Shown: positions 48,426-57,875 of the stretch, piece after piece | How the letters are laid out: each line of letters starts with the position of its first letter | How positions within the stretch are numbered: the first letter of the stretch is position 1 | NCBI GenBank assembly: GCA_903839725.1 | Contig: CAIMDG010000001.1 | Coordinates: 235,315-299,314, forward strand | Origin: an uncultured bacterium | GTDB taxonomy: Bacteria; Patescibacteriota; Minisyncoccia; Phycocordibacterales; PALSA-1337 | DNA length: 64,000 bases | Direction of reading: 5' to 3' | Notes under the pieces: model-generated | The model's database searches: none | Seen by the model: only the letters and a program-made list of their open reading frames with translations | What the model was told of the DNA's origin: nothing | Translations under genes and position numbers: made by a program

Positions 48426-48884
48426 ATGAGTATATTTGAATTTGTCATACCTGTAGTTACTCTAGTTGTACTGACTGCCATCGTCGTATTAGCTGTTAAA
48501 GAAATTAGAATAAATAAGAAAGTTAAAATTCTTCTTAAAAGTTTGACTGTTAAGTATCAAGAAAGTCCTGCTTTGTACATTCAGGATCTAATTTCTTTAG
48601 AGACATACAAAAATAAACAGAAAGATATTGTTCTGATAAAAGCATTGGATATGCTAAAAAAGCAGAAAGAGTTTGCTGAACTAGCGCAGAAGAAGCAAAA
48701 TTATAAATCAGATTACACCTCTTTGATTTTAATATCAGTGTTGGTACTTATTTCTGCAATAGTTGCTGTTCTTTTATATATGCTTACATTGATTATCCCA
48801 GGATTGGTATTTAGTTGGATCTTCGTTGCTCTTGTTGTGTTAGTGATTGCGGTGGTATTTATTATTACGGCTTTCGTTTCTTAA
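48426..48884 (+). CDS. Membrane protein (three TM segments)
   Basis: One N-terminal and two C-terminal hydrophobic segments. Confidence 0.65.
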   Translation: MSIFEFVIPVVTLVVLTAIVVLAVKEIRINKKVKILLKSLTVKYQESPALYIQDLISLETYKNKQKDIVLIKALDMLKKQKEFAELAQKKQNYKSDYTSLILISVLVLISAIVAVLLYMLTLIIPGLVFSWIFVALVVLVIAVVFIITAFVS

Positions 48885-49383
48885 TCTTCTCCCATATTTT
48901 TCTTTGCTTAGGTGTCTTGCTGAAGAATTCCTTTAGGTATTTCTGATGCATTTCTTCGGTATATTCATCTTGAGAGAATGCCTTGTGGAATTGTTTTGCC
49001 TCATCAAAATTATGAGGTGCAGGTGATCTGTAACCACACTCGCTACATACATCACCAGGTTCAAAGTTGTGTTTATGCTCCTTTGGGATAATGTACGCGG
49101 TTCGTTTCGGCATATATCTCGGATCATTGTTGTTGAGATAATACTGAATAGCTCGAAAATCACCCTCGTTCACGAGCTTGAGTAATTTCGATTCAGCAAT
49201 CTCCCCAGCATTCGCTCTTCCATGTTTAAGAGCCTCGTCAATCGCTTGGCGAAATTCTGGGATATCTTTGATCCATCTGTAGACTGTCGCTCTGGCAATA
49301 CCTGCTTTTTTACATGCGTAATTGATGAAGGGCTTTTCGGAAAGTATTTCTACAATTTGGTTTCTAGTAAAATTACTTTTCAT
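48865..49383 (-). CDS. Phage-like HTH protein (small-terminase/phBC6A51-like)
   Basis: ACKKAGIARATVYRW..PEF, AESKLL..GDFRAI.YYL and CSECG. Confidence 0.7.
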   Translation of the reverse strand: MKSNFTRNQIVEILSEKPFINYACKKAGIARATVYRWIKDIPEFRQAIDEALKHGRANAGEIAESKLLKLVNEGDFRAIQYYLNNNDPRYMPKRTAYIIPKEHKHNFEPGDVCSECGYRSPAPHNFDEAKQFHKAFSQDEYTEEMHQKYLKEFFSKTPKQRKIWEKIKKRKP

Positions 49384-50743
49384 CGACTTTACGTCGTTTC
49401 TTACCTGTTAGCTTCTCCCATCGATTGAGTGCCACTTCAGCATACACAGGAGACTTCTCCATGATGAAGCATCGACGCTTTAGCTTCGTACACGCAATAA
49501 GTGTTGATCCGCTCCCACAGAATGGTTCAAGAACCAGCTGGTCACGCTTAGTGAGTACTTTGATGTATGGAATCAGTATTTCAATTGGCTTAGTGCCGAA
49601 GATAATTCCTTGTCCTGATGATTTCTCATCCGCTGCATTGTAGTCAACAAAATCAGTCGGGCAATACTTCTTACCTTTACCATACGACTCCCAGTGAGGC
49701 TTACCCTGAATAGCGAAGAGGGCTGTCTCGTATTCATTTTGAAGCAATTCATCTGCCTCTACTTCAGGATCTACACCCCCACGTTCATTACTTGTACCAA
49801 CCATGGCAATATCATGCTTCGAGAAGAACTTATGAGCACCTGCGTATCCTTGATTACGGTTCGGAAGGTGCCAAACAATCATATTGCGTACCTTCCAATG
49901 TTTTTCCATTTCACCCCAGATAGTGCGGATATTTTTCCAGTTCTCGTAACAGATGATTGAGAAATTTGAAGCTTGTACTTTTGCGACATTTGCCATCCAA
50001 AGTTCAGTGAAGTTCTCAGGTAATGATTCAGTCTCAAGATATCGACGATTTTTCTTTGCGCCGAATCCTGTGGTTGCTTCACCATGTTTTGTTTTTCCAT
50101 GAAGATAGTCCAATATATAAGGTGGGTCAGTCATGACCATATCTATCTTGTTGTCTCCACAGAGCTTGAGTATATCCGCTTCAACAGTTGAGTCACCACA
50201 CATCAGTTTTGATCCATCAAGATCGTACACGTCACCTTTCTGTACTGTTATTGTTCCTATTTCAAGTTTGTCGAGTTCTTTTTGGAGATCGAATTGTTCC
50301 TCAACCGAGTCTTCTTCGAATATTGAATCGAGTTCTTCTGAAGCGAAGCCTATATCAGAAAGGAATGTCTCATCAAATTGAGCGAGCAAGTCAAAATCCC
50401 ATTCGCCCTGGTTTTTATTGAGGCGAATACAGAGTTCCTTTTCTTTCTCCAGATCAGGAATATTTATGTATACAACAGGTACAGTTTCAAAGTTAAGCTC
50501 TCGAAGAACTTTCGCTCTAAAGTTGCCTCCGATGATAATTCCTTTTCTTGTTTCGGCTGAGTTTACGAGCAATGGATCGACTACTCCATACTGTTCGATA
50601 CTTTGTTTGAGTTGAGCAGTTGCTTCTTCATCCCAGACACGAGGGTTGTAATCTGGAGAAGTGAGGGTTGATAATGGAACATACTCGATTTTAAGGTCAC
50701 GTTCGTGTGAACGTGCAGAGCTACCTACGTTTGTATTTTGCAT
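49373..50743 (-). CDS. ParB-like domain fused to a DNA methyltransferase
   Basis: YNPR, GVVDPLLV, IIGGNFR, then MCGDST, TDPPY, TKP and PFCGSGST. Confidence 0.9.
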   Translation of the reverse strand: MQNTNVGSSARSHERDLKIEYVPLSTLTSPDYNPRVWDEEATAQLKQSIEQYGVVDPLLVNSAETRKGIIIGGNFRAKVLRELNFETVPVVYINIPDLEKEKELCIRLNKNQGEWDFDLLAQFDETFLSDIGFASEELDSIFEEDSVEEQFDLQKELDKLEIGTITVQKGDVYDLDGSKLMCGDSTVEADILKLCGDNKIDMVMTDPPYILDYLHGKTKHGEATTGFGAKKNRRYLETESLPENFTELWMANVAKVQASNFSIICYENWKNIRTIWGEMEKHWKVRNMIVWHLPNRNQGYAGAHKFFSKHDIAMVGTSNERGGVDPEVEADELLQNEYETALFAIQGKPHWESYGKGKKYCPTDFVDYNAADEKSSGQGIIFGTKPIEILIPYIKVLTKRDQLVLEPFCGSGSTLIACTKLKRRCFIMEKSPVYAEVALNRWEKLTGKKRRKVDEK

Positions 50744-51151
50744 ACTAAAAGATGAAATTATTTAATAATTTCTCTGTAGTGGAATAAAAATATAGGGTGT
50801 ACCTTCCAGAGGGAGGAGATACGTATCGTGAAGTCTGTAAAGATGTTGCGGCTTTTGTTCCCGTACAACACTTTAGACTGATAAAACCTTATAACCCCTA
50901 AGGTACAGAACGTAGACGGAGACCGATACCACTATGGTCAGGAGCACACGTTACTGTTTGCTAGAATTATTCGAGATATTGTTCCTCGAGGTGTTACTAC
51001 GAATTCTTTGCTTAGAGTAAGTATATCAAGTAGATAATTTTGTAAAATAGGTACCTGTGGACAACTTTTCGCATGTGTGTTGTCGTATACACAGTGTATA
51101 AGGAGATGTTTTTATGCTCGCTTATAGCACCAAAAGGAATATAATTACCAT

Positions 51152-51460
51152 ATGAATACATATGATAAAAAACCTAAGCAAGTAGATACTGAGTTTGTTT
51201 TAACTGAACTCAACAAGATAAAACAAGCCATGAGCGAGCTCGATGAGAGAATGGATTTTCTTTATGCGAGTGTGTTGTTTCAAGAGTCGATAAAAATTAT
51301 CCAAACATACAAAACAGTTACAGCTTCAAAGCTTCAGCGTAAATTTAATATTGGATATTCAAGATCTTGTTATTTGATTGATATTCTCGAAAAAGAGGGA
51401 TATCTCAAATTGGATAAAAAGAATAAAGAGTCTAGGACGTATGTAGTCCAGACTAAATAA
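51152..51460 (+). CDS. Stand-alone FtsK gamma (winged-helix) domain protein
   Basis: TASKLQRKFNIGYSRSCYLIDILEKEG resembles the FtsK-gamma S.S.LQR...IGY.RA..LID.LE..G signature. Confidence 0.78.
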   Translation: MNTYDKKPKQVDTEFVLTELNKIKQAMSELDERMDFLYASVLFQESIKIIQTYKTVTASKLQRKFNIGYSRSCYLIDILEKEGYLKLDKKNKESRTYVVQTK

Positions 51461-51558
51461 AAAGACACTATTTTATAACATGCCCGCACAGTGTCTCATT
51501 TGTCTCATTTTATCATTTCATATTTGTATTTATCTAGATTTTTGCTAGCGTATTGATT

Positions 51559-51987
51559 ATGGATATCAGTACCACATCACCGCTTGGAATAGACTTTCCA
51601 AAGCAGGTTGTAAACCTTCTTCTGAAGGGTTTTGACGACGGTAAAAAGCATGCCGCCCATGTATTGTGGGATACGGGTATGTCGATTCTTGGTCAGCATT
51701 GGATCGCTATAGTCCTAGTACTAGTTGTTGTGCTTTTCCTCTCAGGATTACAGGCTTTTACCACAAGGTGGTGGGGGTGGTTCGGAAGCGTGCTATATCA
51801 CTATTTCTATTTTGGAACTTTGTTTATTATTGGTCTGATCTGGGGTCCAGAAGTCTTCGTTAGCGATCTCTTTGGTGTGCTTGCTGTAATTCTCTATATT
51901 GTCTGCTTTTTGCTCGTTGGCAAGATATTGAGCGAGACTGGAATTCACAGAGGCCTACCAAGACGTGTCAGAAAAGGGCGACGCTAA
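51559..51987 (+). CDS. Membrane protein
   Basis: Three hydrophobic segments and a basic C-terminus. Confidence 0.65.
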   Translation: MDISTTSPLGIDFPKQVVNLLLKGFDDGKKHAAHVLWDTGMSILGQHWIAIVLVLVVVLFLSGLQAFTTRWWGWFGSVLYHYFYFGTLFIIGLIWGPEVFVSDLFGVLAVILYIVCFLLVGKILSETGIHRGLPRRVRKGRR

Positions 51988-52093
51988 ATGCTACAATATG
52001 CTTACGGTGTCTCACCCTCAAAGGTCCTATACCGGAGCGTCCAGCTAAGTTGAGCGCAGTTCGAGCGCTCAAGTCGTATTAAGATATATTATA

Positions 52094-52933
52094 ATGATCG
52101 TCCCAGAAGAAATTAAAAAATGTATTGCATTTATTTGCGAAGACTCTAAAGACGGACCTATTCCTAGAGCGACAGGTTTTTTCGTTTCAGTACCATCGGA
52201 AAAGTTTCCCGAGAAATACAATTGGCTATATTTTATAACGGCGAGACATGCTAGTGCAAAATTGAATGGAAACTTGTTGCTTCGATTGAATGGACTAGAC
52301 AACAAAGCAAAATATATAAAGATATCTGACGTGGCTTGGCACTTTCATCCAAATCATTCAAATGATCCTGTGGATGTTGCAGTTATATCCATTTCACCGA
52401 TACCAGATATTGACATGAAATGGTTTCCGGTAGAAGGGATTATGACCCCAGAACTTTTTGAAAAAGAAGGTGTGGGAATTGGTAGTGAAGTATTTATAAC
52501 AGGATTATTTAGTAAAGTCTCTGGAGAAAATAAGAATTCACCTATTGTTAGAATTGGAAATCTTGCAATGTATCCAGAAGAAAAGATTAAAACAAAAGAT
52601 TTTGGGGACATGAAGGCCTATCTAATAGAAGCAAGGTCAATAGGTGGTGTTAGTGGTTCCCCTGTATTTTTTTGTGCTGATCCATTTGCACACATACCGA
52701 AAGGCTCAATACTTTATGCTACAGGTAATAGTCGACCAAGATTTTTTCTGGGTGGATTAATACATGGTCACTGGGATATATCTGATGAGCAGGTTGATTT
52801 TGATACCTCTGTAGACAAAAATATAAACATAGGTGTGGCTAGTGTTGTGCCAGGTTATAAGATTAAGGAAACATTATTTTCTGATGAATTAATTCAAGAT
52901 CGAAAAAAGAAAGATGAAACATTAAAAGACTAA
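52094..52933 (+). CDS. Trypsin-like serine protease
   Basis: ATGF, TARH, DVAV and GGVSGSPV (catalytic triad). Confidence 0.85.
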   Translation: MIVPEEIKKCIAFICEDSKDGPIPRATGFFVSVPSEKFPEKYNWLYFITARHASAKLNGNLLLRLNGLDNKAKYIKISDVAWHFHPNHSNDPVDVAVISISPIPDIDMKWFPVEGIMTPELFEKEGVGIGSEVFITGLFSKVSGENKNSPIVRIGNLAMYPEEKIKTKDFGDMKAYLIEARSIGGVSGSPVFFCADPFAHIPKGSILYATGNSRPRFFLGGLIHGHWDISDEQVDFDTSVDKNINIGVASVVPGYKIKETLFSDELIQDRKKKDETLKD

Positions 52934-53043
52934 AAAATTGCGCTCAACTCGCGTCGATATGGTAAACTGAAACTACTTAAATCCGCCAATCTGGGCTTGA
53001 CCGACGACGGTTCTGGCTCGAGTCGGCCAGCCAAGCAAATTTT

Positions 53044-53784
53044 ATGAAATTATTATGTCTCAATACTTGGGGCTGTAGAGTTGATACTATATTTGATTAT
53101 ATTCAGAAAAATTCTGATGCTGAGATTATTTGTCTTCAAGAAGTCATAGAAGGAGGAGAAAAAGAAACAGAACGCCATGAAAAGACAAATTCATTTGAAA
53201 TGATCAGTAAACTATTACCTCATCATTCCGGATATTTTGCTAAGTACATACATGGATCACACTATGGTGAGGAACCGAAAAATTTTTCGTTTGGAATATC
53301 GACTTTCGTTAAGACTTCAATTAAACATAGTCTTTACAAGAACATTGAGCTATTAGATGCAGATAAAAAATGGAATGATTATTCAGGAAGATTTGCAGGA
53401 GGAGTTGCACAGGCTGTTACTGTTGGAGATTTTACGATTATCAATGTTCATGGACTATGGCAAGATCTCGTTATTGAAGACACTGAGGCAAAGATTGAAG
53501 AAAGCCACACGATACTCAGGCTTGCTAATGAAACAGCTGGAAAAAAGATAATTTGTGGCGACTTCAACTTGACCCAGAACACACGGCCGATAAAAGTTTT
53601 AAATGATGCATTCACAAATTTGATTGATGCCCGTAGTATTTCTGATACAAGGGGCCCATTATATAAGGGTACAAATAGATTCGCTGATTATGTTTTTGTT
53701 GATTCTCAGATTGAAGTAAAATTATTCGAAGTTCCAAATGTTTCAATTTCAGATCATTTACCATTAGTATTAGAATTCAAATAA
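53044..53784 (+). CDS. Endonuclease/exonuclease/phosphatase family protein
   Basis: LN.W, ICLQEV, CGDFN, DYVF and SDHLP. Confidence 0.9.
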   Translation: MKLLCLNTWGCRVDTIFDYIQKNSDAEIICLQEVIEGGEKETERHEKTNSFEMISKLLPHHSGYFAKYIHGSHYGEEPKNFSFGISTFVKTSIKHSLYKNIELLDADKKWNDYSGRFAGGVAQAVTVGDFTIINVHGLWQDLVIEDTEAKIEESHTILRLANETAGKKIICGDFNLTQNTRPIKVLNDAFTNLIDARSISDTRGPLYKGTNRFADYVFVDSQIEVKLFEVPNVSISDHLPLVLEFK

Positions 53785-53826
53785 GTTGTTAGGCTTGAAT
53801 CGCGTCGAAATGTTATAATACCAATT

Positions 53827-54393
53827 ATGAAAAGTGCAATAATAATTCATGGATATAATGATAAGACTGAATTTCTAGATGCGAGTCGCCCATCAGCATC
53901 TAATGACCATTGGATACCATGGCTTCAGAGAAAGCTATTATTAAATGGTATCGAGACTCAAACTCCTGAAATGCCTGGTTTTTACGAACCAAATTATGAG
54001 AAATGGAAAGATCTACTGGATAGATTACATCCTGATGAAAATACAATGTTAGTTGGTCATAGTTGTGGAGGAGGATTTCTTGTAAGATGGTTAAGTGAAA
54101 ATAATAAGAAAGTTGGCAAGGTTGTTCTTGTTGCTCCTTGGTTGGACCCAGAAAGCGAAATCGATCCAAACTTTTTTAAATTCAATATCGATTCAAATCT
54201 CGTCTCTAAGACTACTGGTCTAATAGTGATGTATTCAACTGACGATGCTTCAACTGTACTCAAAAGTATTGAAATACTCAGAGCGAAAATAAATGATGCT
54301 CAATTTAAGGAATTTGAAGGAAAAGGACATTTTGTGTTGAGTAGTCTGAACACGGAGAAGTTTCCTGAACTTTTGTCTATACTCTTAAATTAA
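53827..54393 (+). CDS. RBBP9/YdeN-family alpha/beta hydrolase
   Basis: IIHG, WIPWL, GHSCGG, STDD and GHF. Confidence 0.88.
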   Translation: MKSAIIIHGYNDKTEFLDASRPSASNDHWIPWLQRKLLLNGIETQTPEMPGFYEPNYEKWKDLLDRLHPDENTMLVGHSCGGGFLVRWLSENNKKVGKVVLVAPWLDPESEIDPNFFKFNIDSNLVSKTTGLIVMYSTDDASTVLKSIEILRAKINDAQFKEFEGKGHFVLSSLNTEKFPELLSILLN

Positions 54394-54495
54394 TCTAGCA
54401 CCCTACAATCTATTCAAATTAACAACCATTGCCAAAAGGTGAAAAATGTGTAGTATTAATTTTTAGACAAACAAAACAATAGAAGCAAATTAATT

Positions 54496-55416
54496 ATGCA
54501 CCTAAACATCTTTGCGGGTAAAGGTGGTGTTGGAAAAACCAACTGCGCTGTCTCACTTGCGCTTCACCTCTCCGGCTCAATGGATATCAAAACGGCTGTC
54601 ATCGACTATGATGGCGGTCACAGTGTTGCGAATACACTCGGCACAACCACACTTCTCTCGAGAAATATGGTGTGTCCGATGAAAAAGAACTTCGCGATTG
54701 CAATCGTTGAAAATACAGATTTTGTTGGAATCGCTGAGGCAATTACCAAAAAGTGGACCTTGAAAGAATACTTGGCACAGTTCCCTGGCGAGTTCGGCCT
54801 CATTCCACTTACGGACATGGTGAACGCTTTCTTTGGTGTTCTAACCGATACTGTGACATTGCAAAAGTTTGCGACTCTTATAACGCTTCTTGCTCAGCTT
54901 GAGCAGCGAGGCTATGAACGAGTAATCATTGACGTTGAACCGACTGCGGGAATGGAGCGTTTGCTCCTCAATGTGCAATCGACTGCACGAAGCCTGACAA
55001 ATCTGCAGAATCAAGGCATCATCTCTCTGTCAATGATTGGCGCGAAATGGCCCCACATTGCTGGTTACCTCAAAGGTGATTACATCAAACATGCCGATAA
55101 ACACGCGGCAAATATCCAGCATGTGGCGACATTACTTACAAACGCCAAATATATGATCGTTTCGACCCCTGAAGCAAGTCCGATCAACCAAACATTCGAA
55201 GTGCGCCGAATCATCGAAAAGTTTGGGGGCAAGGTTCATGGTTACGTGGTTAACAATCTACGCGGGGAGGCTCATGAAGCTTCGAATATTTCCCGCCTCG
55301 ATGCAGAAGGTCTTCCCGTTGTGAAGATTGGACGGCAAGCTGGACTTCATTCCGGCAAGGAACGCACTCCAATTCTTCTGAATATGGGCGCACTCATCGC
55401 TCGAGAGTTAGTCTAG
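54496..55416 (+). CDS. ArsA/GET3-like single-domain ATPase
   Basis: GKGGVGKT, DGGHSV, IIDVEPTA, PE and VVN motifs. Confidence 0.75.
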   Translation: MHLNIFAGKGGVGKTNCAVSLALHLSGSMDIKTAVIDYDGGHSVANTLGTTTLLSRNMVCPMKKNFAIAIVENTDFVGIAEAITKKWTLKEYLAQFPGEFGLIPLTDMVNAFFGVLTDTVTLQKFATLITLLAQLEQRGYERVIIDVEPTAGMERLLLNVQSTARSLTNLQNQGIISLSMIGAKWPHIAGYLKGDYIKHADKHAANIQHVATLLTNAKYMIVSTPEASPINQTFEVRRIIEKFGGKVHGYVVNNLRGEAHEASNISRLDAEGLPVVKIGRQAGLHSGKERTPILLNMGALIARELV

Positions 55417-55507
55417 CGAGCGCGACAGTATCAAATTCCAAGGATGACAACGTCCTTGGTTTTTTATTTTATACCATCAAGTCGCGTCAATCTGCTATAC
55501 TACATAC

Positions 55508-56140
55508 ATGCAAGAACTCATCGAAGTATACAAACTAGACGGCACATTCATCGGAACTCAAGATAGAGACGATTTTTATACTGAAGCCAAAAAAGAATTT
55601 GCTCAAAGTGGTGCTATTTCTAAAAAAATAAAAACTATCAGAGTACTCCTGATGAATTCACGTGGAAGAATATACCTGCAAAAAAGAAGTGAATTAAAAA
55701 AGGAGAACTCAGGTTTATATGACAAAACTGTTGGCGGTCACGTTATTTTCAACAACACCCCAGAATTAACTGTGGTTAAGGAATGCGCTGAAGAATTGGG
55801 TTTTCCAGCAACAATTATCAATAATAATGAATTTGAACAGGCCGTTAAGTCGATTGATCTCAAAATAGTTGGGATATTAAAGAAAATTGATCACATTGAT
55901 AATTTTGAATCAACAAGACTTTTGAATGATGGACAGAGTTTTGTTCAACCCTATATTACTGATATTTATATCGGATATTACGATGGTGCTATACGATTTG
56001 CTGACGGAGAAAGTTCTGGAGTTGAGACATTTTCGATTAGTCAACTCAAGAATAATATAGCGAATCAACCTGGTAAATTTACTGAGGATTTGAAGTATAT
56101 GGTGGAAAAATATTCAGATGTACTCGTACCATTAATTTAA
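55508..56140 (+). CDS. NUDIX hydrolase (IDI-like)
   Basis: YLQKRS..K..SGLYDKTVGGHV..KECAEELG. Confidence 0.82.
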   Translation: MQELIEVYKLDGTFIGTQDRDDFYTEAKKEFAQSGAISKKIKTIRVLLMNSRGRIYLQKRSELKKENSGLYDKTVGGHVIFNNTPELTVVKECAEELGFPATIINNNEFEQAVKSIDLKIVGILKKIDHIDNFESTRLLNDGQSFVQPYITDIYIGYYDGAIRFADGESSGVETFSISQLKNNIANQPGKFTEDLKYMVEKYSDVLVPLI

Positions 56141-56147
56141 TAACCCC

Positions 56148-56573
56148 ATGCTTTACAGTGATTTATTGAAGACCCCACGATCCTGCCCATTTTGTGAATT
56201 CACACATAACAGAATTATCGATCACAATGATGACGTGTTCATGACCTACGCACTTGCTCCATACCACAAACATCATTTACTCGTTGTTCCCTATCGTCAC
56301 ATAGATGATTTCGAGAATTTAAGTCAGACAGAATTAGTATCAATCAATACACTATTACATAAAGGTATTAATTTGCTGAAAAAACTCAACTATCAGGATT
56401 ACACCATCGTTGTTCGTAATGGCAAGAAAACAGGCAAAACGATTGAGCACTTGCACTATCACATTATCCCTGTTGATGTCATCGGTGACCTCAATCACGT
56501 CGGTGAAGAAAGAAAAGTATTGTCTGAAGCTGAAATAGAAGAAATTCTTCGTGATTTTGATATAAAGCAATAA
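56148..56573 (+). CDS. HIT-family hydrolase
   Basis: CPFC, HLLVVP.RH and HLHYH. Confidence 0.9.
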   Translation: MLYSDLLKTPRSCPFCEFTHNRIIDHNDDVFMTYALAPYHKHHLLVVPYRHIDDFENLSQTELVSINTLLHKGINLLKKLNYQDYTIVVRNGKKTGKTIEHLHYHIIPVDVIGDLNHVGEERKVLSEAEIEEILRDFDIKQ

Positions 56574-56719
56574 CAATCTTGAGAGAAAAATCTAAGGGAC
56601 ATATTACGCAATGTCATATAGACACTTCATCATTGCTGTGGTAATTTCGATATAGAAAGCTTTTTACATATCGAGCATCACTGTTCGTGGCTTTCTACGC
56701 GGAAAAATACACAACGCAT

Positions 56720-57763
56720 ATGAAAACACCAAACCAACGTAAAAAACGGGTCTACTCGGAGGCGGATATGTCTCCTGTCAGTCCCCTTGCAAAGAAACAA
56801 CTCGCAGTGTTGGGCTTCGGCTCGCAAGGCCACGCCCATGCCCTCAACCTCAAGGATTCAGGTCACAATGTGATCATCGGCCTCTATCCGGGCAGCAAAT
56901 CCATCCAGGTGGCGGAGAGCAAAGGTTTTACTGTGCTTCCGGTTGAATCAGCGGTTTGTCAAGCCGACGTCATTTTCGTCGCACTGCCCGACACGAAGCA
57001 AGCCCGCGTGTTCGTGGAAAACATTTTGCCTCATCTGACGAAGGGCAAAACACTTTTGTTTTCTCACGGCTTCTCGATTCACTTCAAGACAATCATTCCG
57101 CCGAAGGGCGTCAATATTGTCATGGTGGCACCGAAAGGCCCGGGCCACGTCGTCCGCAGCCAATATGTGGAAGGCAAAGGAGTGCCGAGTCTCATTGCGG
57201 TTTACCAAGGCGGCACCAAAGCGAAGAACATCGCACTTGGATGGGCCCACGGCATCGGCGCCACTCGCGCAGGTGTTTTGGAAACCTCGTTCAAAGAGGA
57301 AACCGAAACTGATTTATTCGGCGAACAAACCGTCCTGTGCGGCGGCCTGAGTTCCCTCGTCATGGCCGGCTTCGAAACGCTGGTTGAAGCGGGATATTCT
57401 CCCGAAATGGCCTACTTCGAATGTCTGCATGAAGTGAAACTGATCGCCGACCTCATGAACGAATCCGGCATCGCTGGTATGCGGTTCTCAATTTCCGAAA
57501 CCGCGAAGTGGGGAGATGTATCCGTCGGCCCCAAGATCATCAATGCCGGCGTGAAGAAACGCATGGCGGTTGCTCTCAAGAACATCCAATCGGGCAAGTT
57601 TGCTCGTGACTGGATCAAGGAATACAACGGTGGCTACAAACGCTACGACGCATTACTTGCACGCGACGCAGGACACCTGATTGAGAAGACCGGCGCCCGT
57701 CTTCGCGGACTCATGCCGTGGATGAAAAAGCGTGCGATCAAGGGCGCCCAAGCGTCGTATTGA
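56720..57763 (+). CDS. ilvC: Ketol-acid reductoisomerase
   Basis: [34 protein letters not shown] and AYFECLHE; start moved to MKTPNQ. Confidence 0.97.
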   Translation: MKTPNQRKKRVYSEADMSPVSPLAKKQLAVLGFGSQGHAHALNLKDSGHNVIIGLYPGSKSIQVAESKGFTVLPVESAVCQADVIFVALPDTKQARVFVENILPHLTKGKTLLFSHGFSIHFKTIIPPKGVNIVMVAPKGPGHVVRSQYVEGKGVPSLIAVYQGGTKAKNIALGWAHGIGATRAGVLETSFKEETETDLFGEQTVLCGGLSSLVMAGFETLVEAGYSPEMAYFECLHEVKLIADLMNESGIAGMRFSISETAKWGDVSVGPKIINAGVKKRMAVALKNIQSGKFARDWIKEYNGGYKRYDALLARDAGHLIEKTGARLRGLMPWMKKRAIKGAQASY

Positions 57764-57875
57764 TCACTACGGTTCCAAGATCGAATATGCAATTCCGCAA
57801 GGAATTGCATATTTTTATTTGTATTAAAAAAGCCGATCCTATTTCTAGAATCGGCTTCGAGTCATCTGATCTTGA

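Larger units (their letters stand above)
42830..51460. mobile_element. Genomic island next to tRNA-Gln (serine-recombinase element with defence cargo); right boundary uncertain
   Basis: tRNA-adjacent R-M pair, large serine recombinase, OLD nuclease and phage-like HTH/ParB-MTase genes; cargo is AT-rich. Confidence 0.7.

Noticed and set aside
48865-50743. Intact prophage
   Set aside because: No large terminase, portal, capsid, tail or lysis genes.
52981-53040. Known riboswitch in the GC-rich leader of the EEP gene
   Set aside because: Short stems are present, but I could not match any riboswitch consensus.
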